DNA of 32,000 nt from Candidatus Baldrarchaeota archaeon (GTDB taxonomy: Archaea; Asgardarchaeota; Baldrarchaeia; Baldrarchaeales; DXJG01), in NCBI GenBank assembly GCA_019056805.1, contig DXJG01000009.1, positions 269,473 through 301,472 of the forward strand, in the 5' to 3' direction. Both the position numbers and the translations under genes were made by a program. Within the stretch, counting starts at the first letter, position 1. Each line of letters starts with the position of its first letter. Shown here in pieces: positions 1 through 7,496 of the stretch. The notes beneath the pieces are model-generated. The model had not been told where the DNA came from, did not search any database, and was given only the letters and a program-made list of their open reading frames with translations.

Positions 1-31
1 TTAGGGTGATTGAATTTAGGTTGGTGATTAG

Positions 32-676
32 ATGAAACCATGGTTACTAAATATTTTAGCATGTCCAATATGTAAACATCATCCTCTTGACGCCTACTTC
101 TATAGCTGGGAGAGTTCCAGTGAGGAGATAAAGGAGGCTTGTGAAAAAGCAGGTGAACCAGTAGAGGAGCGTATGGAAGATTATAAAATGATGATGAAAG
201 ATTTTGTTGATGGCATAATTAGTCCACCAGCTATCGAAAAGATAAAAGATGAAACAGAAAACGAATTGACAATAAAAACCTTAGAAAAAGTAAAACAAAC
301 AATTTCAGAGCTCTTAGAAAAAGAAGACATAAAAGAAACAATGGAAAAATTCAAAAAACTCGAAGAGGAAGTGGAAAGTAAAGGAAGAGAAACTATAGAG
401 AAAGAAAAAGAGAAAATTGTTGAAGATATAGCTAAAAAATATGTAAAAGAGCTAAGTATCCTTTACAATTATATGATGCTTTTAGAAGTAAAAGAAGCCC
501 TACTATATTGTCCAAATTGTAACAGGTGGTATCCAGTAGGAAATCAAGTAGAAGGAATCCCTGAAATGTTACCTGACGAACTTAGAGAAAAACACGTAGA
601 CCTAAAATTCTTCGAAAAATGGAAAGAAAAAATACCCCAAAATATACTTAAAGAAGGAAAACCCTTCACGCTATAA
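32..676 (+). CDS. trm112: Trm112-family methyltransferase activator, long form with a central helical/coiled-coil insertion
   Basis: N-terminal MKPWLLNILACPICKHHPL and C-terminal LYCPNCNRWYP...GIPEMLPDELR are the two halves of the Trm112 zinc knuckle. They are separated by ~125 aa rich in E/K. Confidence 0.85.
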   Translation: MKPWLLNILACPICKHHPLDAYFYSWESSSEEIKEACEKAGEPVEERMEDYKMMMKDFVDGIISPPAIEKIKDETENELTIKTLEKVKQTISELLEKEDIKETMEKFKKLEEEVESKGRETIEKEKEKIVEDIAKKYVKELSILYNYMMLLEVKEALLYCPNCNRWYPVGNQVEGIPEMLPDELREKHVDLKFFEKWKEKIPQNILKEGKPFTL

Positions 677-2966
677 ACCTACGCACTCCTTTTACTTCCT
701 CTAAAAACAACAATCGTTCATCCTTAACAATAAATAACAAAGCAACCTCAAATTGTTCAACATTTTCCCCCACAAATTTTTCTATCTTAACTAATATTTC
801 TAGCTGAAAATGACCAAAAGAAACAGATATATAATTTTCATCTTTCTCCGATTCATTTACTACTTCAATATTAATGTTTTTTGTTGATGATTGAAGTAAG
901 ACCGTACTTTCACTTATAGTAATATTAAAGGTAACTGTAGTTCGTATCCATATGTGAAAAGTGAAATTTAAGCATAGAGAGTTGTAAAATTCCTTAGAAA
1001 TATTAAAATAAACAACATATATACCTGCTTGAAAATCTTGCGGAATACACCACACATAAACAACATTTCCCGAATCATTAGTCAACTCTTCAAAAATAAC
1101 AATTGTATTGTTCAATGTAGCTATAATCGCAACATTAGAAATCGGATTACCATTAAAAAGATCCAAAGTAAGTATATCGAAGCTACAATTTTCACCTCTA
1201 CAAACTTCTAACGAAGAAATATCTATGGAAACATCAAATAAAGACTTCACAACTATTGTCACATTATAAAAACTACCATCATAATTATCACGACTGAATA
1301 TTGCACTTAAAATGTGGAGACCAACGTCTTCATCAATTGAAATATTCAAAAGGAAGATGAAAGAACCGTTAAGCAAGGAACCATTAAACAACCCTTTATT
1401 ATCCCAATAAACTTCAACAGTACCATTTAATGGAATTCCATCATCGGAACAAACACAAACCTCAACCACAACACTATTTCCTCTCATAACTTCAAAACTA
1501 TCAACAACTACCGTAGTTAAAGAAACTTCTCTAAACCACTGACCCCAAATAACCGAAGAATTCTCATAAACCACCAAATCTCTAGCATCTACACACCAAC
1601 CTACTACATATCGATATCCCGGTAAAGTATCTCCATAGATAGCAGGAATCTCCACCTGAAATTCACTATACCCACTATCATTTGTAATTTTGAAGCCCTT
1701 AAACGGCAACTGCATAGGCCATTCACCATAAAGAGAAACATTAACACCTGAAACACCTAAACCAGTAAAATTATCAACCACCCTAAACAAAACTGAATAA
1801 TTCTCACCCACGTAAACAACACTAGGAAATCCTCTAATAACCTCGATTCTAACAGGTCTAGGCAAAAACTCCGGTAATGTAAGCGTATTATTAGAAGAAT
1901 TAAAGGTTTCATTACCTAAAAACTCAGCATACACAAAGAAATCTCCAGCATAAGGTGGAGAAAAGACAAACTCAAAAATCCCACTGCCATTAGTTACACC
2001 AGTCACATTAAACACCGTAACATTTCTCCAATCAAAAACAGAAACAACAATATCTCCACCTGAAATTGGAGAATCTGTAACATTATCAAAAAGACTTACA
2101 AACATCTTAACAGGTTCAAAAGCATAAGAAACCTCCTGCATCTCCCTTATAGTAGTATTTCCAGCAAAAACATAACTTAATTCAACACGTGTAGGCTTAG
2201 AAAGATTAGATGAACTTGAAAGAACCTTTACAACAAATGTAAACCGACCACTCTCATAATCTTCATTTTCAAAACTAAAAATCTCAATAGTATAATTACC
2301 AGAAACTCCATCAGGATTAAACTCGACTACAAATTCTCCGTTTAAATTCGTTATCACAGAACCATTCAAAATAGAAGTTCCATTAGGAGAAAGAACATTA
2401 AAACTAACACTATTATTTACAACAGGAAAACTAGCATTATGTTCATTAAACAATCTAAAAGACAAAGTAACATTTAAATTTTCAACCGGAGGGTCAGGAT
2501 AAATATTTTCCAAAGAACAGTTTTGACCAGCCCTGACAACAGTGAAAAAGACTGTTTCAGAATCACTAGCATAAGGAGTACTGCTCGAATCCAAAGGAGA
2601 GTCAACAGCCTCCACAAACACCTCAGCCCAACCACTAGTACCATTAACTCCCGGACTCCAATTAGAAGGATTAAGATAAAACACTACTACACGGGTAACA
2701 GAACCATAATCTGGAAAACTCTTTTCTTCCACCGCAGAAGAATTAAAACCAATACTAAAAGTAGCAAGAGTAGAAGAACTACCCTCCAAAAAATAACTAC
2801 TATTTACAAAAACAGGCTCACCAACCTCATAAACCAATTTATCAACCTCAACATAATAAACCACAGCCGTAGCCGGATTAGCAATCGCAACCTCAGCTAA
2901 ACACAAAAAACCTAACATCACAACAAAAGACAAAGCAGCAATAACATACTTACTTACACATCTCAA
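666..2966 (-). CDS. Large secreted beta-sandwich (Ig-like) surface or S-layer-associated glycoprotein
   Basis: TTG start, hydrophobic signal peptide (YVIAALSFVVMLGFLCLAEVAIA), alternating beta-strand pattern, repeated T(N/D)xxG motifs, about 37 N-X-S/T sequons by manual count. Overlaps the trm112 3' end by 11 bp. Confidence 0.7.
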   Translation of the reverse strand: MRCVSKYVIAALSFVVMLGFLCLAEVAIANPATAVVYYVEVDKLVYEVGEPVFVNSSYFLEGSSSTLATFSIGFNSSAVEEKSFPDYGSVTRVVVFYLNPSNWSPGVNGTSGWAEVFVEAVDSPLDSSSTPYASDSETVFFTVVRAGQNCSLENIYPDPPVENLNVTLSFRLFNEHNASFPVVNNSVSFNVLSPNGTSILNGSVITNLNGEFVVEFNPDGVSGNYTIEIFSFENEDYESGRFTFVVKVLSSSSNLSKPTRVELSYVFAGNTTIREMQEVSYAFEPVKMFVSLFDNVTDSPISGGDIVVSVFDWRNVTVFNVTGVTNGSGIFEFVFSPPYAGDFFVYAEFLGNETFNSSNNTLTLPEFLPRPVRIEVIRGFPSVVYVGENYSVLFRVVDNFTGLGVSGVNVSLYGEWPMQLPFKGFKITNDSGYSEFQVEIPAIYGDTLPGYRYVVGWCVDARDLVVYENSSVIWGQWFREVSLTTVVVDSFEVMRGNSVVVEVCVCSDDGIPLNGTVEVYWDNKGLFNGSLLNGSFIFLLNISIDEDVGLHILSAIFSRDNYDGSFYNVTIVVKSLFDVSIDISSLEVCRGENCSFDILTLDLFNGNPISNVAIIATLNNTIVIFEELTNDSGNVVYVWCIPQDFQAGIYVVYFNISKEFYNSLCLNFTFHIWIRTTVTFNITISESTVLLQSSTKNINIEVVNESEKDENYISVSFGHFQLEILVKIEKFVGENVEQFEVALLFIVKDERLLFLEEVKGVRRFIA

Positions 2967-3019
2967 ATTTCAACCCTTAAATAATATCCCAAAAACTAAT
3001 ATAAAGAACAATAAAGCAA

Positions 3020-3799
3020 CTATTTTTCCAAAAGAAAGCCTAACTTCTCATCAACTAACCCATTATCCAACTTCTCATACCTTTCAGTACTACCGACATC
3101 GTACCAGAAGCAGTCGGTTACGTAGCCGTAAACGGGTTGACCACGTTCAATTAAAGTTGGAATGACATCGCCAGAGAGGTCAATATCATTTTTATCACGA
3201 GCTAACTCCTCTAAAAGACCAAGAACTTTTCCCTCTAAAACTAAAATACCAATATTAACAGGTTTTTCAAGCTCAGGCTTCTCGATAAAACCCCTAATTT
3301 TACCGTCACCATTTAAATCGGCAACACCAACACGGACAGTAAACTTCCTAGCAAGACCAACAGTTGCAACACTACCCTTCTCCCTATGAAAACGCAACAT
3401 ATCAGACAAATCAATATTAGACAAAATATCTCCATAATAAACTACCAAAGTATCATCCTTACTTAAAACCCCTTGTTTAAAAGCATTCAAAACAGACCCA
3501 CCAGTACCCTTCAAACTTGGATCATCCATAACATATTGAATATGAACACCAAAACGACTACCATCATCAAAATAATTCCTAATCTGCTCAGCCTTATAAT
3601 TAACAAGCAAAACAATATCCTTAACACCATGATAACTCAAAAGCCTAACAACATACTCCAACAAAGGCTTCTGCTTACCACCAACAGGAACCATAACCTT
3701 CTGAAAATAATACGTCAAAGGGCGAAGCCGCTTACCTTCACCACCACACAAAACAACACCAACAACCATCCAATTAACCCCCAAACTCCGCAAATTCAA
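3020..3799 (-). CDS. Sugar-phosphate nucleotidyltransferase (NTP_transferase family)
   Basis: VVLCGGEGKRLRPLT...KVMVPV signature, YGDILS, FIEKP, WYDVGS. True start may be the ATG at 3769. Confidence 0.92.
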   Translation of the reverse strand: MNLRSLGVNWMVVGVVLCGGEGKRLRPLTYYFQKVMVPVGGKQKPLLEYVVRLLSYHGVKDIVLLVNYKAEQIRNYFDDGSRFGVHIQYVMDDPSLKGTGGSVLNAFKQGVLSKDDTLVVYYGDILSNIDLSDMLRFHREKGSVATVGLARKFTVRVGVADLNGDGKIRGFIEKPELEKPVNIGILVLEGKVLGLLEELARDKNDIDLSGDVIPTLIERGQPVYGYVTDCFWYDVGSTERYEKLDNGLVDEKLGFLLEK

Positions 3800-3854
3800 A
3801 TGTAGTCTATTATTTAATCAATCTAAAACTAACCTATAACTCTTACTATCAACA

Positions 3855-4625
3855 CTAAGCCATCGGTAGATGCCAATCTTCAGGCACCTCACCAATTTTC
3901 CTAGCTGGAACACCTGCGACAATAACCTTTGGAGGAACATCCTTAGTAACAACCGCTCCAGCACCAACCACAGCTTCGACTCCGATCTCAACACCAGGCA
4001 AAACTGTAGCATTAGCGCCAACACTAGCACCCCTACGAATAACAGGTCCCTTCAACTCGTAATCAACTCTCATCAAATATTTATCATTAGTAAGAACAAC
4101 ATTAGGGCCCAAGAAAACATGATCCTCAATCACCGTATTAAGCGGAATATAAACATTAGATTGAATAGAAACCCGCCTACCAACCTTAGAAAAGCCATCA
4201 ATCACAGTATTAGTCCCAACTTTCGTACCCTCACCAATCTCAGTTTTCTCACGAACCAAAACATGATGCCCAAACTCCACCCTATCTCCAATTCTCACAT
4301 CCTCATAAACAACACAACCAGAACGCAAAATAACCTCACTACCAACTTCAACCAAACTCTTATCCACGTCAATTTCACAACTCAAATTATCCAAGGCACT
4401 TAACAATTTTCTCTTACAAGGAAAACCAAGAATAACACCATCACCAACAAAACACTTAGCACCAAGTCTTACAGGACCCAGAATCGTAACATTACGTCCA
4501 ATCCAAACACCATTACCAACTTCAACCTCACCTAAAATCACACTATGCTCACCAACAAAACACTTACCCAAAAACCTAACACGCTTGTCAACACAAACAC
4601 CCTCACCAAACCTAACATTCAACAT
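3855..4625 (-). CDS. Hexapeptide-repeat (left-handed beta-helix) N-acetyltransferase, WbpD/WlbB-like
   Basis: Repeated [LIV]GxxxxIG units, [41 protein letters not shown]...AGVPARKI. Confidence 0.9.
   Translation of the reverse strand: MLNVRFGEGVCVDKRVRFLGKCFVGEHSVILGEVEVGNGVWIGRNVTILGPVRLGAKCFVGDGVILGFPCKRKLLSALDNLSCEIDVDKSLVEVGSEVILRSGCVVYEDVRIGDRVEFGHHVLVREKTEIGEGTKVGTNTVIDGFSKVGRRVSIQSNVYIPLNTVIEDHVFLGPNVVLTNDKYLMRVDYELKGPVIRRGASVGANATVLPGVEIGVEAVVGAGAVVTKDVPPKVIVAGVPARKIGEVPEDWHLPMA
4441..4566. repeat. 18-nt exact direct repeat (tcaccaacaaaacactta at 4441-4458 and 4549-4566) inside the acetyltransferase gene
   Basis: Read directly. The copies are 108 nt (36 codons) apart and both encode KCFVG(E/D), consistent with an internal duplication of hexapeptide coils. 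Confidence 0.8.
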
Positions 4626-4656
4626 AAACCACCTCCTTAGAGTTCAAAATGTAACT

Positions 4657-5778
4657 TTACACCTCGGTTAATACCTTCTTAACTTTCTCAACAACATAAT
4701 TAACATCCTCTTCACTAAGAGCAGGATGAACAGGAAGAGAAAAAACCTCCTTAGCAACTTTCTCAGCTACAGGAAAACTACCTTCAACAAAATCAAACTC
4801 CCTGTAACTAGGCTGAAAAGGTATAGGAACAGGATAATAAACCCTCGCCTGCACACCCTCCTTATTTAAACCCTCAACAATGGAATCCCTCTTCTTCGCA
4901 TCAACCCTAACAGTATAAATATGATACGAATGTTTAGCATACTCTGGTTCAAAAGGCAAAACAAGATCTAAACTCTCAAACTCCTCACCATAAATCTTAG
5001 CAATTTCTCTTCTTTTCTCAACAAACCTATCCAATTTTTTAAGTTGAGCAAGACCAATGGCAGCCTGAATTTCAGGCATCAACAAATTATAGCCAAGAAT
5101 AACATGTCTATAATCACGAACCTCACCATTAAAACGCAAAAGCCTAGCCCTCTCAGCAACCTCCTCATCACTAGTAACAATAATACCTCCACCACCAGTA
5201 GTCATATTCTTAGTAGGCCAAAAACTAAAACACCCAACATGACCAAGACCACCAACCTTACGACCCTTATACTCGGCGCCATGAGCTTGAGCAGCATCTT
5301 CCAGAACAAACAAACCATACTTCTCAGCAACTTCAAAAATAACATCCATATCCACAGGAAGACCATAAAGATGAACAATCACGATACCCTTAGTTCTCTC
5401 AGTAACAACATCTTCAATTTTATTAACATCTAAATTATAAGTTCGAGAATCAATATCTACAAAAACAGGCTTAGCGCCCACAAGACGAATACAATCGGCG
5501 GAGGCAACAAAACTAAAAGGAGTAGTAATAACTTCATCCCCAGAACCGACACCCAACGCAAGAAGAGCTATATGAAGAGCAGAAGTACCACTATTAACAG
5601 CAACACCAAACCTAGCACCACAATACTCAGCAAATCGCTTTTCAAACTCCCTAACTTTAGGACCATTCATTAACCAACCACTTTCCAAAACCTCACGAAC
5701 AACCTCAAACTCCTCATGATCTAAAACAGGCCTAGCAATAGGAACAACCTTACCACTCAACCAAACCAACTCCACCAA
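4657..5778 (-). CDS. DegT/DnrJ/EryC1/StrS-family PLP-dependent aminotransferase
   Basis: VNSGTSALH, IVHLYG, EDAAQAHGA, SFWPTKNMTTG (Schiff-base Lys), GYNLLMPEIQAAIG, SLPVHP. Confidence 0.95.
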   Translation of the reverse strand: MVELVWLSGKVVPIARPVLDHEEFEVVREVLESGWLMNGPKVREFEKRFAEYCGARFGVAVNSGTSALHIALLALGVGSGDEVITTPFSFVASADCIRLVGAKPVFVDIDSRTYNLDVNKIEDVVTERTKGIVIVHLYGLPVDMDVIFEVAEKYGLFVLEDAAQAHGAEYKGRKVGGLGHVGCFSFWPTKNMTTGGGGIIVTSDEEVAERARLLRFNGEVRDYRHVILGYNLLMPEIQAAIGLAQLKKLDRFVEKRREIAKIYGEEFESLDLVLPFEPEYAKHSYHIYTVRVDAKKRDSIVEGLNKEGVQARVYYPVPIPFQPSYREFDFVEGSFPVAEKVAKEVFSLPVHPALSEEDVNYVVEKVKKVLTEV

Positions 5779-5923
5779 AACAATTCAACAACATACAACC
5801 ATACCAAACCAAATATACATTCACAAATTTTCCTTAAAAATAATATCACAAGTGGACAAAAATATTGAAACTGAAACTATCCAGAGACAAAAATCAATAC
5901 AAATGAAAAATAAAACGATAATT

Positions 5924-6436
5924 TTATTCTTTTCCACTCATGCTCCAGGTAAAAATCCCAGAAATCAAGCTAATTGCAGCCAACACCAGATGAGTAACAA
6001 AACGTCTAAAAACAACCAAACCCAAAACAACTAGAAAAACACCAAAAACGATGCCAATTAAAGCATACAATTGTTGCCTAGAAAAACTCTTAACGCTCAA
6101 AATTTTAGCCAACATAAAACTACCAAACCTAAACACCATATTTTTCAAACCTACCCAAAACATCAAAAACCTATACACAAACCTATTCAAAAACGACCCA
6201 CTAATAACAATCGGCCTCTCAAATATTTTAGAAGAACGTAAACACACCCCAGCAGCACCGCAATTTTCACACTTCAAAAGCAAAAATATGCCCTTCTCAC
6301 AACTCCTCACATCAACTCGCCCTTCCCAACCACACTCTCCACACTTTACAACACACTGCGTTTCCCTAACCATATCCATTACACAAACCTCTAAGATAAA
6401 TTTGATTATCAGATATTTAAACCAACCGCTTACCAT
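5924..6436 (-). CDS. Hypothetical membrane protein with N-terminal zinc ribbon and two C-terminal TM helices
   Basis: CGEC...CENC pair, then hydrophobic LYALIGIVFGVFLVVLGLVVF and LVLAAISLISGIFTW. Likely start is the ATG at 6379. Confidence 0.6.
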   Translation of the reverse strand: MVSGWFKYLIIKFILEVCVMDMVRETQCVVKCGECGWEGRVDVRSCEKGIFLLLKCENCGAAGVCLRSSKIFERPIVISGSFLNRFVYRFLMFWVGLKNMVFRFGSFMLAKILSVKSFSRQQLYALIGIVFGVFLVVLGLVVFRRFVTHLVLAAISLISGIFTWSMSGKE

Positions 6437-6747
6437 TCAAACACCATCTAACGGCGTGTTCCAAACAAAGTAAGTTCTTAAAAACTAAAAACAGACAAAT
6501 ACAACCCACAAAATCCCAAAACACTACAAGATCAGACAAATAAACAAAAAACAAATTTCATAAACTTCTGATACACCACACCGATAAATAAACCCAAAAA
6601 CCCAACACTACTGCACATAGAAACCTCTCCAAAAAGAATTGTAAACATATCGTCATATCTAAAATCTAATCAATGTAAAACCAAAAATCCTCTCTTCCTA
6701 TCAAATCATTATTTAAACTATGACATTATTAAGAAAAAGATCATAGT

Positions 6748-7173
6748 CTAACTTGATACTAACAGCCATATTGCAACACATCCTAAAGCTATACCCAACA
6801 GTTTCTTAGAGCTCATAGATTCACCAAGAAAAACCCAAGAAAACAACACAAGAAAAATAAACATTAAAACAGACATAATAGCCTTAGCACGACTAACCTC
6901 AATATAACTCAAAGGAATACTATAAAGAAGAGTATTTACAAACCCAATAGCAAAAGCAAAACCAACACAAAGAGTAAAAACAGCAAAAACAGTAAACCTA
7001 AAATGCAAAATATCAAACAAACCAGTCCTTAAAGCCTTAAACAAACTCTCAACCTCCAACTCACCAATCTTCGAAACACCCCACTTATAAACAACATCAC
7101 CAACAGCATAACCCAAAGAAAGCAAACACAAAAACAAATAAACAAACCTCAACTCCACAGCAAATCCCTCCAA
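6748..7173 (-). CDS. Small 4-TM DMT/EamA-superfamily membrane protein (ArnE/ArnF-like)
   Basis: 141 aa with four hydrophobic segments, GDVVYKWG, LSYIEVSRA, and the typical DMT C-terminus FLGESMSSKKLLGIALGCVAIWLL. Confidence 0.75.
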   Translation of the reverse strand: MEGFAVELRFVYLFLCLLSLGYAVGDVVYKWGVSKIGELEVESLFKALRTGLFDILHFRFTVFAVFTLCVGFAFAIGFVNTLLYSIPLSYIEVSRAKAIMSVLMFIFLVLFSWVFLGESMSSKKLLGIALGCVAIWLLVSS

Positions 7174-7230
7174 CCTTTTTTAACTTTAACGACAGGAAAT
7201 TCCCCTTCTGAGGGGATGAAAGCCGATATA

Positions 7231-7238
7231 CTTATATA
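7231..7238 (+). promoter_or_regulatory. Candidate archaeal TATA box inside the element, upstream of the omega-RNA
   Basis: cttatata lies about 25-30 nt upstream of the start of the GC-rich structured segment (~7260). It also reads tatataag on the minus strand. Confidence 0.5.
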
Positions 7239-7258
7239 TTCCCTACCAAATATATTTT

Positions 7259-7315
7259 GTGTTGAGTCTCCTAGGGCTGGGACGGCCCGAAGTAACGCCT
7301 GTGCGTGGTCGATGA
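7259..7315 (+). pseudogene. tnpB remnant: a GTG start fused to the last ~14 codons of a TnpB-like C-terminus
   Basis: Translates as MLSLLGLGRPEVTPVRGR*. The GxGxPEVTPV tail is typical of TnpB termini that overlap their omega-RNA. Confidence 0.55.
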
Positions 7316-7451
7316 TTAAAGGAGACCCGACATCCGGCACCCCTACCTAGGTTAGCCGAAAGGGCTGCCGATGAAGGCAAGTGCCGATGGATGAAGCAGG
7401 AAGCCCCACGCGTAGGCGAAGGGCAGTTCACCAACAAAACAACCTAATAAA
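7260..7451 (+). ncRNA. TnpB omega-RNA (reRNA)-like scaffold (~7260-7431) plus flank-derived guide (~7432-7451)
   Basis: Hairpin gggcu/ggccc with a GGGAC loop that can pseudoknot to 3' GUUC (7426-7429). ccugu (7298-7302) pairs with gcagg (7396-7400) inside the GAUGAAGCAGGAAGCCC motif. Long stem 7331-7340/7381-7389 encloses two short hairpins. Transcript ends are inferred, not observed. Confidence 0.75.
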
Positions 7452-7496
7452 CCTTAATACACACAACATCCAAAACTTAATATAACCACCCGAATT

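Larger units (their letters stand above)
7190..7431 (+). mobile_element. Non-autonomous miniature IS200/IS605-family element (internally deleted; no tnpA, no tnpB)
   Basis: GC-rich insert in A/C-rich flanks, preceded by TTTAA (7185-7189). Left hairpin tcccct-tctg-agggga (7201-7216). Right hairpin gccc...cgc-gtag-gcg...gggc (7403-7424) ending in AGTTCAC (7425-7431). In-frame remnant GLGRPEVTPVRGR* (7274-7315) resembles a TnpB C-terminus. Left boundary uncertain by about 1 nt. Confidence 0.8.

Noticed and set aside
666-900. Possible frameshift hiding a C-terminal TM anchor of the 766-aa protein
   Set aside because: The annotated frame reads as a normal globular segment to its stop, so I saw no sign of a frameshift.
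1029-6473. Plus-strand ORFs antisense to the real genes (1029-1211, 2523-2900, 3162-3389, 3473-3805, 3870-4403, 5044-5433, 5852-6034, 6051-6473)
   Set aside because: N/T/K/I/Q-rich shadow frames caused by the G/T-rich coding strand. No family motifs; nearly all overlap better-supported genes.
7260-7431. GC-rich structured segment considered as tRNA, SRP RNA, RNase P RNA or a C/D-box sRNA
   Set aside because: No cloverleaf or TΨC motif, no SRP helix-8 or RNase P P4 motif, and no paired C/D plus C'/D' boxes. IS-type ends and the TnpB-like tail fit better.
7149-7437. Minus-strand ORFs 7149-7340 and 7243-7437
   Set aside because: They span the GC-rich structured RNA, where stops are scarce. No recognisable protein features, and the structure is better explained as an omega-RNA.
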